A stretch of 62,254 nucleotides of DNA, the filler included. It is 5 parts of 5 records of this genome, joined end to end, with 100 filler letters (N's around TTAATTAATTAA, not from the genome) between each part and the next. Parts side by side here need not be neighbours in the genome. Positions count along the whole stretch, not along the records: positions 1 to 19,119 come from DRR723986_1744; 4 more parts are not named here. One strand, written 5' to 3'. This document shows, piece after piece, positions 1 to 8,895 of the stretch. The notes under the pieces were generated by a model. The model made no database searches and was not told the origin of the DNA. It saw nothing but the letters and a program-made list of their open reading frames with translations. A program made the translations under genes and the position numbers. Numbering within the stretch: position 1 is the stretch's first letter; each line of letters begins with the position of its first letter.

Positions 1-25
1 CCAAGCCCCTGCAAAAACGGGGGGA

Positions 26-781
26 TTACATATCGACAGGGTCGTTACAGATTACTTCGTTAGAATCTTGAGTTGTATCTTGTATATGAGGCCGCTCGTT
101 TTCGAGCGGTCGATCATGCGTTTCGTGCAGCAACTGAGACGCCGAGATCGTCTGCGCTTCAGCTTCAGCCTCATGGTTCTGAAGTTCTTCCAGCGTCATC
201 CGGTGAAGCGCCTGGCCTGACGGCCACTTGGCAAATGCCTGCTGGATGCGCTCGACTTCGGTAGTCAGGCCCTTAAGCTCTATCAGCTCGCACAGGATGC
301 CTTTCAGGTGCCGCTTGTGCGAACTGCGTTGCCCCCGTAGGCGAGCATGGGTCCTTCGATCTGCCTCGAGCTCGTCGCGCAGGGACAGGAACTCGTCGAC
401 GCGCGCGATCGCCACGCCGAAGAAGACACCACAACCGGAAAAGCCAGACCGCGCCCCATTCGCCATCGTCCGCTTCTCGATCAGACCGACGCGGACAAGC
501 GCCGCCTCGTGTTGCCGGATGCGGCAAGCCGTGACGCCACGCTTGTGCGCGATCTCGTTCTGACTGAGGTAACAGCAGGGTTCATCTACGCCGCACTTGA
601 ACGCGCTCGGCCTGGTCGACGCGATCATGGTGCGAAAGGTCATCATCGCTGCGGCACCTATGCCAAGGCTGGGCGCAACCGCATCGACAAGCGCGACGAA
701 GCCACCGCGCTCCATGCCCCGCGGAAGGGTTGGTTTGACGGCCTCGAACCGTCGGACAGGCAAAACCTGGGGTACATGCAT
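26..781 (-). pseudogene. repC: Plasmid replication initiator RepC, N-terminal part only (251 aa; C-terminal domain apparently missing)
   Basis: RP-C N-terminal features (CYLSQNEIAHKRG...IRQHEAALVRVGLIEKRTMANGAR) and the RepC linker-like ENERPHIQDT. The ORF stops shortly after the linker, whereas RepC proteins are typically about 400 aa. Confidence 0.75.
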
Positions 782-890
782 CTATTCGTTCCTCGTTCGT
801 CTGAAGCGAGGCGGCAGCAGGCAAGCGTCTACAGGTCGCACAAATGCGTTTTGACTTGTCTGCAAGGTGGGGAAGCTGATAGGCTAAACC

Positions 891-910
891 ATGATTACGG
901 ATGATTACGG
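891..910. repeat. Perfect 10-bp tandem duplication ATGATTACGG x2
   Basis: Read directly at 891-900 and 901-910. Confidence 0.9.
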
Positions 911-934
911 GCTTGCCGGCCCTAAGTCCTTCAG

Positions 935-970
935 CCCCCGTGGAAGGTTGCCGCCTTCGCGGGGGTTTTA
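935..970 (+). terminator. Intrinsic terminator of the putative ctRNA
   Basis: CCCCCGTGGAAGG-TTGCCG-CCTTCGCGGGGG followed by TTTTAATTT. Confidence 0.75.
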
Positions 971-1070
971 ATTTCTTGAGTCCTTAGTGCTCCTCTCCGT
1001 CATGGCCTTCGTAGCCGCACTCTTGCGCCCTTGGCGTACCCAGCATCGGCGATGCCAGCACCTGCGGTGA

Positions 1071-1796
1071 TCAGTAATTCACCTGTTCGTAGCCATAGTT
1101 CCCCTGGTAGTCGGTCCAATCGATGAAGACGGCCCTCCGGTAGAGGCTCGGACAGCTCTCGCCCCAACCGGCGAGACCATCGAATGCGTCCGGTAGTGTC
1201 GTCACCGAACCGCTGGACCAACTGAAGTCGCCCTGCACCCCATAGGTGCCCATGCGGACCTTTTCGCTTCGGCGACAGTCGCCATCGCCGCTCTCTCGCT
1301 GCCGGGCATACTCGACGTTGTAGACGCGGATGGAGCGGACGAAGTCATACTCGGTCCCGCTGATGTCGACATCGGCCACGCCGTTGTCATCGGCATAATT
1401 CGCGATCAGCGACAGCATCTCGTCCCGCTCCGACCTCGGGGGAAGCACCCCCTCGGACACAGTCGAGAATGGCGGCGGAGCCGAAGGTTTAGGCCTGCTC
1501 GCCGCCTCATACAGGAGCGGCAAAGCCCTCTCATCTTCTGACGGACGATAGGTTACGCCCAAGGGGCAATTCCAGATCTGCAGGGGCGGCTCCACCGGCC
1601 AAGGCGTGATCCTGCTGATGAAGACAGATCGCGCCTCGTTGCACTCGGTGCTTCCGGGCCAACCTCCCGCCAGGCAGATCAGGATCGCGCAGTCTACTTG
1701 GTAGGCTCGCGCAGCGGGAGGTGCCGCCAAGAGTAGGCCGGTACAGGTCAGGGCGGACGCGGCACCGCGCTTCATCGCGTGTCCAAAGTATAACAA
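1071..1796 (-). CDS. Exported Cys-containing conjugation-associated protein, TrbM/KikA-like N-terminus
   Basis: Signal peptide (..PAARA|Y) followed by DCAILICLAGGWPGSTEC, resembling the TrbM CxAILCL..G..P.EC motif. Divergent from the virB operon. True start may be the ATG at 1775. Confidence 0.6.
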   Translation of the reverse strand: MLYFGHAMKRGAASALTCTGLLLAAPPAARAYQVDCAILICLAGGWPGSTECNEARSVFISRITPWPVEPPLQIWNCPLGVTYRPSEDERALPLLYEAASRPKPSAPPPFSTVSEGVLPPRSERDEMLSLIANYADDNGVADVDISGTEYDFVRSIRVYNVEYARQRESGDGDCRRSEKVRMGTYGVQGDFSWSSGSVTTLPDAFDGLAGWGESCPSLYRRAVFIDWTDYQGNYGYEQVNY

Positions 1797-2089
1797 AGCT
1801 TCTGGCCCCCTCGGAACTTAACTCGGCATGTCCCCGCCTGCGCTCCGCTCTCGGGATGGTCACAGCTGGGTGATCATCCTATAGCCGAAGAAGGCAAGGA
1901 TAGCGCCAAACTTCCATAGGAAGCGCTATTTGTCAAATACGCTGGGTGCACTCCAGGTGCGGATATGAAGTCTAGGCGAGTTTATGTCGTTTGGCGCTTT
2001 TTTGAAATTTGAGCTTTAACGTTGAAAAAAGTCGTGGTTCAAGGATACGCAGCACCTGTCCAGAAAATCCCAACGACAGGTGTCAGCCA

Positions 2090-2374
2090 ATGTGGAACCC
2101 ACGCGTGATTACGACTGATGCAGTGCAAAACTTCCTTGAGAAGGGTGGCAAGCTCGACTACCGCCCAATTCACACACCAAAAGGATGGAACTGGGAGCTC
2201 TGGGCTGTTCAGACGAACGGCGCGGCCAGCCCGGTCATTTCTTCGAAGACTGGCGAAGCCCGCGTCTTCAAGTCTTCCGACGCGCTGGTCAGCTTCCACA
2301 TGCGCATCTTCCCGGACGCCGAAGGCGTCTGGGTGCCTGCCCCGAAATCTGGACAAGACGAAGACACCGAGTGA
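2090..2374 (+). CDS. Small putative regulator, IncN/IncW KorA-like
   Basis: 94 aa from ATG 2090. WELWAV...ISSKTGEARVFKSSDALVSF resembles the KorA W.L...RG..R.[WF]S.L..L..F pattern. First gene of the virB operon. Confidence 0.5.
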   Translation: MWNPRVITTDAVQNFLEKGGKLDYRPIHTPKGWNWELWAVQTNGAASPVISSKTGEARVFKSSDALVSFHMRIFPDAEGVWVPAPKSGQDEDTE

Positions 2375-2489
2375 TCGCCTCGGCGCTCTGCGCTGGCTGA
2401 TCCTCCGACCGCTCTGCGGCTCCCTCATCTCCCTCTCGATCCTTTCCGCATTCACCGTCGGCTCACCGCGCCTCGGGCAGGCTGAGCCC

Positions 2490-3062
2490 ATGAATGCCAC
2501 CGCGTTCCGGGCCGTCGCCGAAAACTGCGCGCCCGGTGTCGCCCCCTCCATCATCGAAAATCTCGTCGCCGCCGAAAGTGGCTTCAACCCGTTCGCCATC
2601 GGCGTGAACGGCCTGGATCGGGCGTCCTATGCGCCTCGCTCTGCCGAGGAAGCCGCGCAGATCGCCAGCCGCTTGATCGCCGAGGGCAAGTCCATCGACA
2701 TGGGCCTCGGGCAGATCAACAGCGCCAACTTGTCCTGGCTCGGGCTGACGCCTGCCACGGTGTTCGATGCCTGCCGCAATCTGACGGCGGCGGGAACCGT
2801 GCTGCGCGACGGCTATGACCGGGCGCGAGCTGCCGGAGCAGGCCGGACGCAGGCCCTGCACCAGGCACTTTCCTCCTACAACACCGGCTCTTTCACGCGT
2901 GGTTTCCACAACGGCTATGTGGCCCGCGTGCTGGGAGAGGGGTCCGTGACCGCCCCCTCGTACGACAAGCGGTCACCCTCCCTGAGCGACGAAAAGGACA
3001 GCGCGAAACGATGGGACGTGTTCGGCGCGGCACCCGGATCGAACGCCTTGGTTTTCCAATAG
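2490..3062 (+). CDS. virB1: VirB1 lytic transglycosylase (start uncertain)
   Basis: SLT motifs CAPGVAP..AESGFNPFAIGVNG, SIDMGLGQINSANL, ALSSYNTG. Confidence 0.9.
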   Translation: MNATAFRAVAENCAPGVAPSIIENLVAAESGFNPFAIGVNGLDRASYAPRSAEEAAQIASRLIAEGKSIDMGLGQINSANLSWLGLTPATVFDACRNLTAAGTVLRDGYDRARAAGAGRTQALHQALSSYNTGSFTRGFHNGYVARVLGEGSVTAPSYDKRSPSLSDEKDSAKRWDVFGAAPGSNALVFQ

Positions 3063-3074
3063 AAGGACGCAACC

Positions 3075-3362
3075 ATGAAGACCTTTCTGACCCGCCACCG
3101 GAGCATCGGCGCCCCGATGTTCCTGGCTTCGGTCCTGACCGCAGCGGCGCAACCTGCCGCTGCCGCAGGTTTCACCGACTTCCTGAACAATATCCTCGAC
3201 GAGTTCGAAAGCGCCAAGCAGCCCATTGCCCTGATCGCGCTCATGTTCATCGGCGCGGGCTGGCTCTTCAACTTCGTCGACCTGCGCCGTGCCGCCTGGG
3301 CCGTTGGCGGCGTCGTCCTGATCTACGCCTCCTCCGAGGTGCTGAGCATGATCACCGGCTGA
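3075..3362 (+). CDS. virB2: VirB2/TrbC pilin
   Basis: 95 aa with signal peptide and two hydrophobic helices; RBS AAGGA; position between virB1 and virB3. Confidence 0.85.
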   Translation: MKTFLTRHRSIGAPMFLASVLTAAAQPAAAAGFTDFLNNILDEFESAKQPIALIALMFIGAGWLFNFVDLRRAAWAVGGVVLIYASSEVLSMITG

Positions 3363-3380
3363 CCGCAGGGAGGACACAGC

Positions 3381-3710
3381 ATGGAAAAGGTGAAGATGAA
3401 CGAGGACGTGCTGTTCCTCGCCCTCACGCGCCCGGCGATGATCTTCGGCATCCCTGTCGAAGCCTTCGCCATGTGCTGCGGCATCGGCGGTCTGGCAATG
3501 ATCGCCGCGGACTCGATCTTCTACCTGCCCATTGCGATCCCCCTGCTCGGCGTCTCTCGCCTGATCGTCGAACGCGATCAGAACGCTTTCCAAATCCTGT
3601 TTCGCTGGCTGGACACAAATGCCCGGTGCCGGAACCGGAGCCTCTGGGGGGGATCATCGACATCCCCCCTGCGTCTCCGCCGCCTCTACAAGATCGAGGA
3701 GATCGACTGA
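3381..3710 (+). CDS. virB3: VirB3
   Basis: LFLALTRPAMIFGIP motif and WGGSSTSP C-terminus. Confidence 0.92.
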   Translation: MEKVKMNEDVLFLALTRPAMIFGIPVEAFAMCCGIGGLAMIAADSIFYLPIAIPLLGVSRLIVERDQNAFQILFRWLDTNARCRNRSLWGGSSTSPLRLRRLYKIEEID

Positions 3711-6064
3711 TGGGCCTGCTCGACAAGATCAAGACGGAGAACACTGCAGACCGCTACCTTCCCTTCATCCGCCATTCGGACGCGCACACGATCATCACGC
3801 GCAACCGGGGGGCCTTCCAGATGCTGAAGCTGGAGGGCGTCTCTTTCCGCACGGCGGATACCCAGCTCATCAACACGCTGCACAACCAGCTCAGCCATGC
3901 CCTGCGCAACATCGCCGACGACACCGTCATGGCCTATGTCCATGTGGTCCGGGCCACCGACGACGACTATCCGTCTGGCACCTTCATCACCGACCTCGCC
4001 CGCTGGATCGACGAAAGCTATCGCAGCCGCATCGAGGCCAAGCGCCTGTTCCGGAACGATCTGTATTTGACCGTCTACATGCAGCCCCGCAGCCTGCCCG
4101 GCGGACGGTTGGCAAAGGGCGTCCGTCGCGCCCGCACCAGCCAGATCGAGGTGGATCAGGACCTCCTGGACGATCTCGACGACAAGACCACGCAGCTGAC
4201 GCGCAGCCTCAGTCGGTTCCGGCCTCGGAAGCTCTCGATCATCCGGGACCACCGCGACCTGTTGATCTCCGAGCCTGCCAGCGTCCTGAAGCAATTGATC
4301 TCTGGCCGGTATGAGCCGGTCCCGCTGGTTCACGGGACCATCGGCAATTCGATCTACACCGACCGGGTGATCTTCGGGCGCGAAGCGCTGGAAATCCGCC
4401 ATGCCGCCGCCAGCACCTATGGCGCGATGTTCGGCATCAAGGAATACCACGCCCGCACCCGCCCGAACATGTTCGACAATCTGCTGACGGCCCCGTTCCG
4501 TTTTGTCCTGACGCAATCCTTCCGCTGCACCGCGAAGAACGAGGCCATGCGCCAGATGACCCTCAAGGAGGGGCGGCTGCGCAACGCGAATGACCCCGCC
4601 GTGTCCCAGGCGGACGGGCTGCGCGACGCCCGCGACGACCTAATGTCCGGCGAGTTCGTGATGGGCGAGCATAACCTGTCCCTGACGGTCCTGACCGAGG
4701 ATGCCAAGGAGCTGAAAGCCCGCGCCGCCGATGCGCATAACCTCTTGTCGGAATCCGGGGCTGTCGTTGCCCGCGAGGACATGGGGCTTGAGCCGCAATT
4801 CTGGGCGCAGCTTCCCGGCAACCACGCGCACCGCGCGCGGGTCGCGATGGTGACCAGCCGCAACTACACGGCCATGTCGCCGCTGCACAATTACCCGACC
4901 GGCCACCGGCACGGCAACGAATGGGGCGATGCTGTCAGCAAGCTCCAGACCAGCGCGGGAAGCCCCTTCTACTTCAACTTCCATGTCGGCGATCTCGGCC
5001 ACACCTTCATCTGCGGCCCTTCCGGCTCCGGCAAGACCGTGGTGCAGACCTTCCTGCTGTCGCAGCTGGAAAAGTTCGGGGCCAAGCGCGTCCTCTTCGA
5101 CAAGGATTACGGGGCCGAGATCTTCGTCCGTGCCTCGGGCGGCTCCTATCTCGATTTCCAGTCCGGTCGTCCGACCGGCTGCGCGCCGTTCATGGCAATC
5201 GAGCTTGATGCCGACGGTCAGGCCTTCATGGTCGAACTGGTCAAATCCATGCTGGGAGGCGAACGCGCCACCTTCTCGGCCGAGGACATCCGGCGGATCG
5301 AGATGGCCGTCGCGGGCCTGTCCAACCTGCCACGCACTGGCCGCAGCGTCTCCGCCCTGCGCGAGTTGCTGGGGTTCGGCGGCGGCGCGGAAGACATCGG
5401 CAACCGGCTGGATCGCTGGCTCAGCAACGAACGACTCGGATGGGTCTTCGACAATTCCGAAGACACCATCGCCTTCGATGCCAACCTGGTAGGCTTCGAC
5501 ATCACGGCCTTCCTCGACGATCCTGAAATCCGCAACCCGATCATGATGTATCTCATGCGCCGGGTCGAAAACCTGATCACCGGCCAGCGCATCGCGATCT
5601 TCATCGACGAGTTCTGGAAGGCCCTGTCCGACCCCTACTTCTCGGACTTCGTGAAGAACAAGCTCAAGGTCATCCGCAAGCAGAACGGCATCATCGTGGC
5701 CGGGACGCAGTCGGCTTCCGACGTGGTGAACAGCCCCATTGCCCACACCATCATCGAGCAATGCGCCGGCCAGATCTTCTTCGGCTCCGACCGTGCCAGC
5801 CGCAAGGACCTGGTCGACGAGTTCGGCCTGTCCGAGCGCGAGTTCCAGATCGTGCGCGACGAGCTGCCCCTCGGCCATTTCCTGATCAAGCAGGCGCAGA
5901 ACTCGGTGGTCTGCGACCTCGACCTGTCCGGCCTCGATGACGTGCTGACCGTCCTGTCGGGCCGCACCGCCACCAACGCCATCATGCACGCGCTGATGCA
6001 GGACCACCCGGCCCCGAAAGACTGGCTCCCCCGCCTGTTCCAGAAAAGGAAGGACCTCCGATGA
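3710..6064 (+). CDS. virB4: VirB4 ATPase
   Basis: Walker A GPSGSGKT, FDKD, IFIDEFW, KVIRKQNG. ATG overlaps the virB3 stop (TGATG). Confidence 0.96.
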   Translation: MGLLDKIKTENTADRYLPFIRHSDAHTIITRNRGAFQMLKLEGVSFRTADTQLINTLHNQLSHALRNIADDTVMAYVHVVRATDDDYPSGTFITDLARWIDESYRSRIEAKRLFRNDLYLTVYMQPRSLPGGRLAKGVRRARTSQIEVDQDLLDDLDDKTTQLTRSLSRFRPRKLSIIRDHRDLLISEPASVLKQLISGRYEPVPLVHGTIGNSIYTDRVIFGREALEIRHAAASTYGAMFGIKEYHARTRPNMFDNLLTAPFRFVLTQSFRCTAKNEAMRQMTLKEGRLRNANDPAVSQADGLRDARDDLMSGEFVMGEHNLSLTVLTEDAKELKARAADAHNLLSESGAVVAREDMGLEPQFWAQLPGNHAHRARVAMVTSRNYTAMSPLHNYPTGHRHGNEWGDAVSKLQTSAGSPFYFNFHVGDLGHTFICGPSGSGKTVVQTFLLSQLEKFGAKRVLFDKDYGAEIFVRASGGSYLDFQSGRPTGCAPFMAIELDADGQAFMVELVKSMLGGERATFSAEDIRRIEMAVAGLSNLPRTGRSVSALRELLGFGGGAEDIGNRLDRWLSNERLGWVFDNSEDTIAFDANLVGFDITAFLDDPEIRNPIMMYLMRRVENLITGQRIAIFIDEFWKALSDPYFSDFVKNKLKVIRKQNGIIVAGTQSASDVVNSPIAHTIIEQCAGQIFFGSDRASRKDLVDEFGLSEREFQIVRDELPLGHFLIKQAQNSVVCDLDLSGLDDVLTVLSGRTATNAIMHALMQDHPAPKDWLPRLFQKRKDLR

Positions 6065-6777
6065 CAAGGCTCTCCATGCCCGCCGCTGCGCTGGCGCTGT
6101 CCCTCTCGACCGCGGCTCATGCCCAAGGCGTGCCCGTGGTCGATACGGCGGCCATCGCCAACGCCAAAGCCGAATTCGTCAAGGAAATCGCCCAGATGGT
6201 CGAAGAGTTGGAACAAGCCAAGGCGCTCTATGCCTCGATCAATGGCCTGACCGACATGGACTCCATCGTCAGCGCCCTGAACTCGCCCGATGTCCGCGAA
6301 CTGCTCGGGCCGGATGCCATACAGATCGCCAGCGACTTCGACATTGACCTTGATGATCTAGGCGATCTGGCAGGCAAGGCGCAGGATGCGGCGGACTTCT
6401 CCGGACTGGACGGGGCCAACATCGACGCTGACGATTTCTACCAGAGCGAACTGGACCGCATCCGCAACCAATCGGCCCGCGACACCGCTGTCGGGGATCG
6501 GATCGTGTCGCTGTCCGATGACCGGCTGGCGGGACTTGAACAATTGCGCAGCAGGATCGGTACCGTCTCCACCCAGAAGGAGGTGGACGCCCTGAACGCC
6601 CGGATCGCGGTCGAACAGGCCATGCTCCAGAACGACACCAACCGCATTCAGGGCCTCGCCATGCTCCAGCAAGCCCAGGCGAAGGTGGAAGAACAGCGCC
6701 AGACCGAAATCGCCGTACAGCGCCGCATGAGGGAAGAGGCCGCTTTCGAACGTCTCTATGGGCCCGACGCATTTTGA
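6061..6777 (+). CDS. virB5: VirB5 minor pilin
   Basis: AHAQGVPVVD N-terminus; QKEVDALNARI motif. Confidence 0.92.
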   Translation: MTRLSMPAAALALSLSTAAHAQGVPVVDTAAIANAKAEFVKEIAQMVEELEQAKALYASINGLTDMDSIVSALNSPDVRELLGPDAIQIASDFDIDLDDLGDLAGKAQDAADFSGLDGANIDADDFYQSELDRIRNQSARDTAVGDRIVSLSDDRLAGLEQLRSRIGTVSTQKEVDALNARIAVEQAMLQNDTNRIQGLAMLQQAQAKVEEQRQTEIAVQRRMREEAAFERLYGPDAF

Positions 6778-6788
6778 AGGAGATCACC

Positions 6789-7049
6789 ATGACACCCCAG
6801 AAACCCATTCTCGCGGCCTTGACCGCCACCGCCCTGCTCATGAGCTGCAAGGAGGAGGAGAACCGGACAGTCGACTACTATTCGTCCAACCCGGAAGAAC
6901 GCGCTGAGGTGCTGGCAACTTGCGAAGTCTCTGATCGGGCATCTGAGGACGCGAATTGCGTCAATGCTGATTTGGCAGAGCAGCAGGCCAAGCGGGATCA
7001 GGATCGCGAAGGCTTCCAAAAAACATTCGGGGACCCGTCGTTCGACTGA
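6789..7049 (+). CDS. eex: EexN-like entry-exclusion lipoprotein
   Basis: Lipobox LMSC and TVDYY..NPEER...LATC...NCVNA; canonical position between virB5 and virB6; RBS GAAGGAG. Confidence 0.85.
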   Translation: MTPQKPILAALTATALLMSCKEEENRTVDYYSSNPEERAEVLATCEVSDRASEDANCVNADLAEQQAKRDQDREGFQKTFGDPSFD

Positions 7050-7074
7050 ACCGGGACACGGAAGGACCGCCACC

Positions 7075-7968
7075 ATGCTGCAAGCGCTCTACGACAATTT
7101 TGCTGACAGTCTCACCGACAAGATGAACGACATCAGCAGCATCATCTCTTCCGAGCTGACTGCACCGCTGACGGCGGCCCTGACGATCTACCTGTTCCTC
7201 TATGGCTGGGCGATCATCCGTGGCTCCATCCACGAACCGCTGATGGATTTCACCCTGCGCGGCCTGAAGCTGGCGATCATCTGGACCCTCGTGTCCAGCG
7301 CCGGCGATTACTCGTCCTGGGTCGGGGACACGATCCTCAACGGCATCCCCGATCTCGTGGAAACGCTGACCGGCGGCTCGGCCGACCTGCCCTCCGATCC
7401 CGTGATGGCGATGGCGGGTAAATTGAGCCTCGAGGTTCAGGAGCATTATGGCTCCGGCCTTGCCGGTTCCATCTACGGATATGTCCTCTCCATCGTTCTG
7501 ATCCTCATTGCCGTGCCCTTCGCCGCCTTGGCGTTCGTCGTCAGCTTGGTCGTGCACTTTGGGCTCGCCTTGATGGCCGCGATTGGTCCGATCTTCATCG
7601 CCTTCGCCTTGTTTGATGTCACGCGTGGATGGTTCTTCGCCTGGCTGAGCCAGTCACTGAACTTCACGCTCCTGAAGCTCCTGGTGACGGTTCTCATGAT
7701 GACGATCACGGCCTTCGTCGGGGATGTCTACACGAACTTCAATATCAACGACGGGGCCGCTTCGATCTCAGCCTTCATGGTCGCGATGTTCTGCGGCACG
7801 ATCTTTTTCTTCCTTCTTCCCTCCATCGCGGCGGCGCTGAGCGCCGGGGCCGGTGCCTCGACCGGCGCCGCGCAGCGCTTCGTGGAGCGGAAGCTTCTGG
7901 GAAATGCGGCACCCCGGCAGGGAGGCAGCACGCCCCCCGCCAGTGGCTCCGCGACACGACAGAGCTGA
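7075..7968 (+). CDS. virB6: VirB6/TrbL inner-membrane protein
   Basis: Polytopic; GPIFIAFALFDVTRGWFFAW; LPSIAAALSAG. Confidence 0.92.
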   Translation: MLQALYDNFADSLTDKMNDISSIISSELTAPLTAALTIYLFLYGWAIIRGSIHEPLMDFTLRGLKLAIIWTLVSSAGDYSSWVGDTILNGIPDLVETLTGGSADLPSDPVMAMAGKLSLEVQEHYGSGLAGSIYGYVLSIVLILIAVPFAALAFVVSLVVHFGLALMAAIGPIFIAFALFDVTRGWFFAWLSQSLNFTLLKLLVTVLMMTITAFVGDVYTNFNINDGAASISAFMVAMFCGTIFFFLLPSIAAALSAGAGASTGAAQRFVERKLLGNAAPRQGGSTPPASGSATRQS

Positions 7969-8014
7969 GGCGGACAAATCCACCTCTTCCACGATTAGAC
8001 TTCAAGGTTACGCG

Positions 8015-8212
8015 ATGAAGAAACTTGTCCTCCTGATGGCCGTCCTCAGCATTTCGGCCTGCGCCACGACGACGCTGCCGGATGTGAAAGGCTCAGTCGT
8101 CCGGCCCCTGAACCCGACCAAATGGGACTATCAGGCCGCCGTCCTCGAAAAGCAGACGGAAATCGGCGTCACGCCCCGGATCGCGGACACGCGGGAGGGG
8201 GAAGACGCATGA
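8015..8212 (+). CDS. virB7: VirB7-like lipoprotein
   Basis: MKKLVLLMAVLSISAC lipobox; short; between virB6 and virB8. Confidence 0.75.
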   Translation: MKKLVLLMAVLSISACATTTLPDVKGSVVRPLNPTKWDYQAAVLEKQTEIGVTPRIADTREGEDA

Positions 8213-8895
8213 CGGTATCGCAGGACAAGGACCTTGCCGCCTATCTGAAGGAGGCCCGCAGCTTCGATTATGACAGCCGCCTCGCCGCCGAACGTTCCAA
8301 GCGGACGGCCTGGATCATCGCCGGGGCCGCCAGCGTCATGGCGCTGACCAGCGTGGCCGCTGTCGGCTTCATGGCTCCGCTCAAGGAAGTGGTGCCCTTC
8401 GTCATCCGAGTCGATCAGGCCAGCGGCGTGCCCGAGGTCATGACCCGTCTCAGCGACGGCCAAACCACCTATGACGAGGCTGTCACCCGCTATTTCCTCG
8501 CCCGCTATGTCCGTGAACGCGAGGGCTACACCTATGCCGAACGGGAAGCGATCTTCCACGAGGTCACGCTGATGTCCTCGCCCGAGGAACAGGCGCGCTT
8601 CTCGACCTATTACAACGGCTCAAACCCCAAGAGCCCGCAATATGCCTATGGCACCGACACCAAGGCCGAGATCAAGATCCGCTCGATCTCCTTCCTGAAT
8701 GACGGGCTGGCACAAGTCCGGTTCTACAAGACCGAGACCAACGAACGCGAAAACCTGACGACGCAAAGCCTCTGGGTCTCGACCATCGGCTTCGATTTCG
8801 ACGCAGATGCGGAGATCAGCACCGAGGATCGCACGATCAACCCTCTGGGCTTCATCGTCAGCACCTATCGGGCCGACCCGGAGGTGACGGAATGA
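8209..8895 (+). CDS. virB8: VirB8
   Basis: PLKEVVPFVIRVD, YVREREGY, NPLGFIVSTYR. Confidence 0.95.
   Translation: MTVSQDKDLAAYLKEARSFDYDSRLAAERSKRTAWIIAGAASVMALTSVAAVGFMAPLKEVVPFVIRVDQASGVPEVMTRLSDGQTTYDEAVTRYFLARYVREREGYTYAEREAIFHEVTLMSSPEEQARFSTYYNGSNPKSPQYAYGTDTKAEIKIRSISFLNDGLAQVRFYKTETNERENLTTQSLWVSTIGFDFDADAEISTEDRTINPLGFIVSTYRADPEVTE

Larger units (their letters stand above)
886..972 (+). ncRNA. Putative counter-transcribed antisense RNA (ctRNA/incA-like) upstream of repC
   Basis: Lies antisense in the repC leader. Candidate promoter TTGTCT(856)-N18-TAGGCT(880), with TTGACT at 851. Two hairpins share the loop TTGCCG (909-922 and 935-965), and the second is followed by TTTT. Ends are approximate. 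Confidence 0.6.

Noticed and set aside
891-910. ATGATTACGG x2 considered as replication iterons
   Set aside because: Only two copies, and RepC origins lie within repC and are not iteron-based
1000-1221. 73-aa minus-strand ORF bridging the TrbM-like gene and the repC leader
   Set aside because: Mostly overlaps 1071-1796 out of frame and shows no RepB/ParB features
3011-3709. Apparent 233-aa N-terminal extension making VirB4 1017 aa
   Set aside because: It overlaps the well-supported virB2 and virB3 in another frame. The real start is the coupled ATG at 3710.
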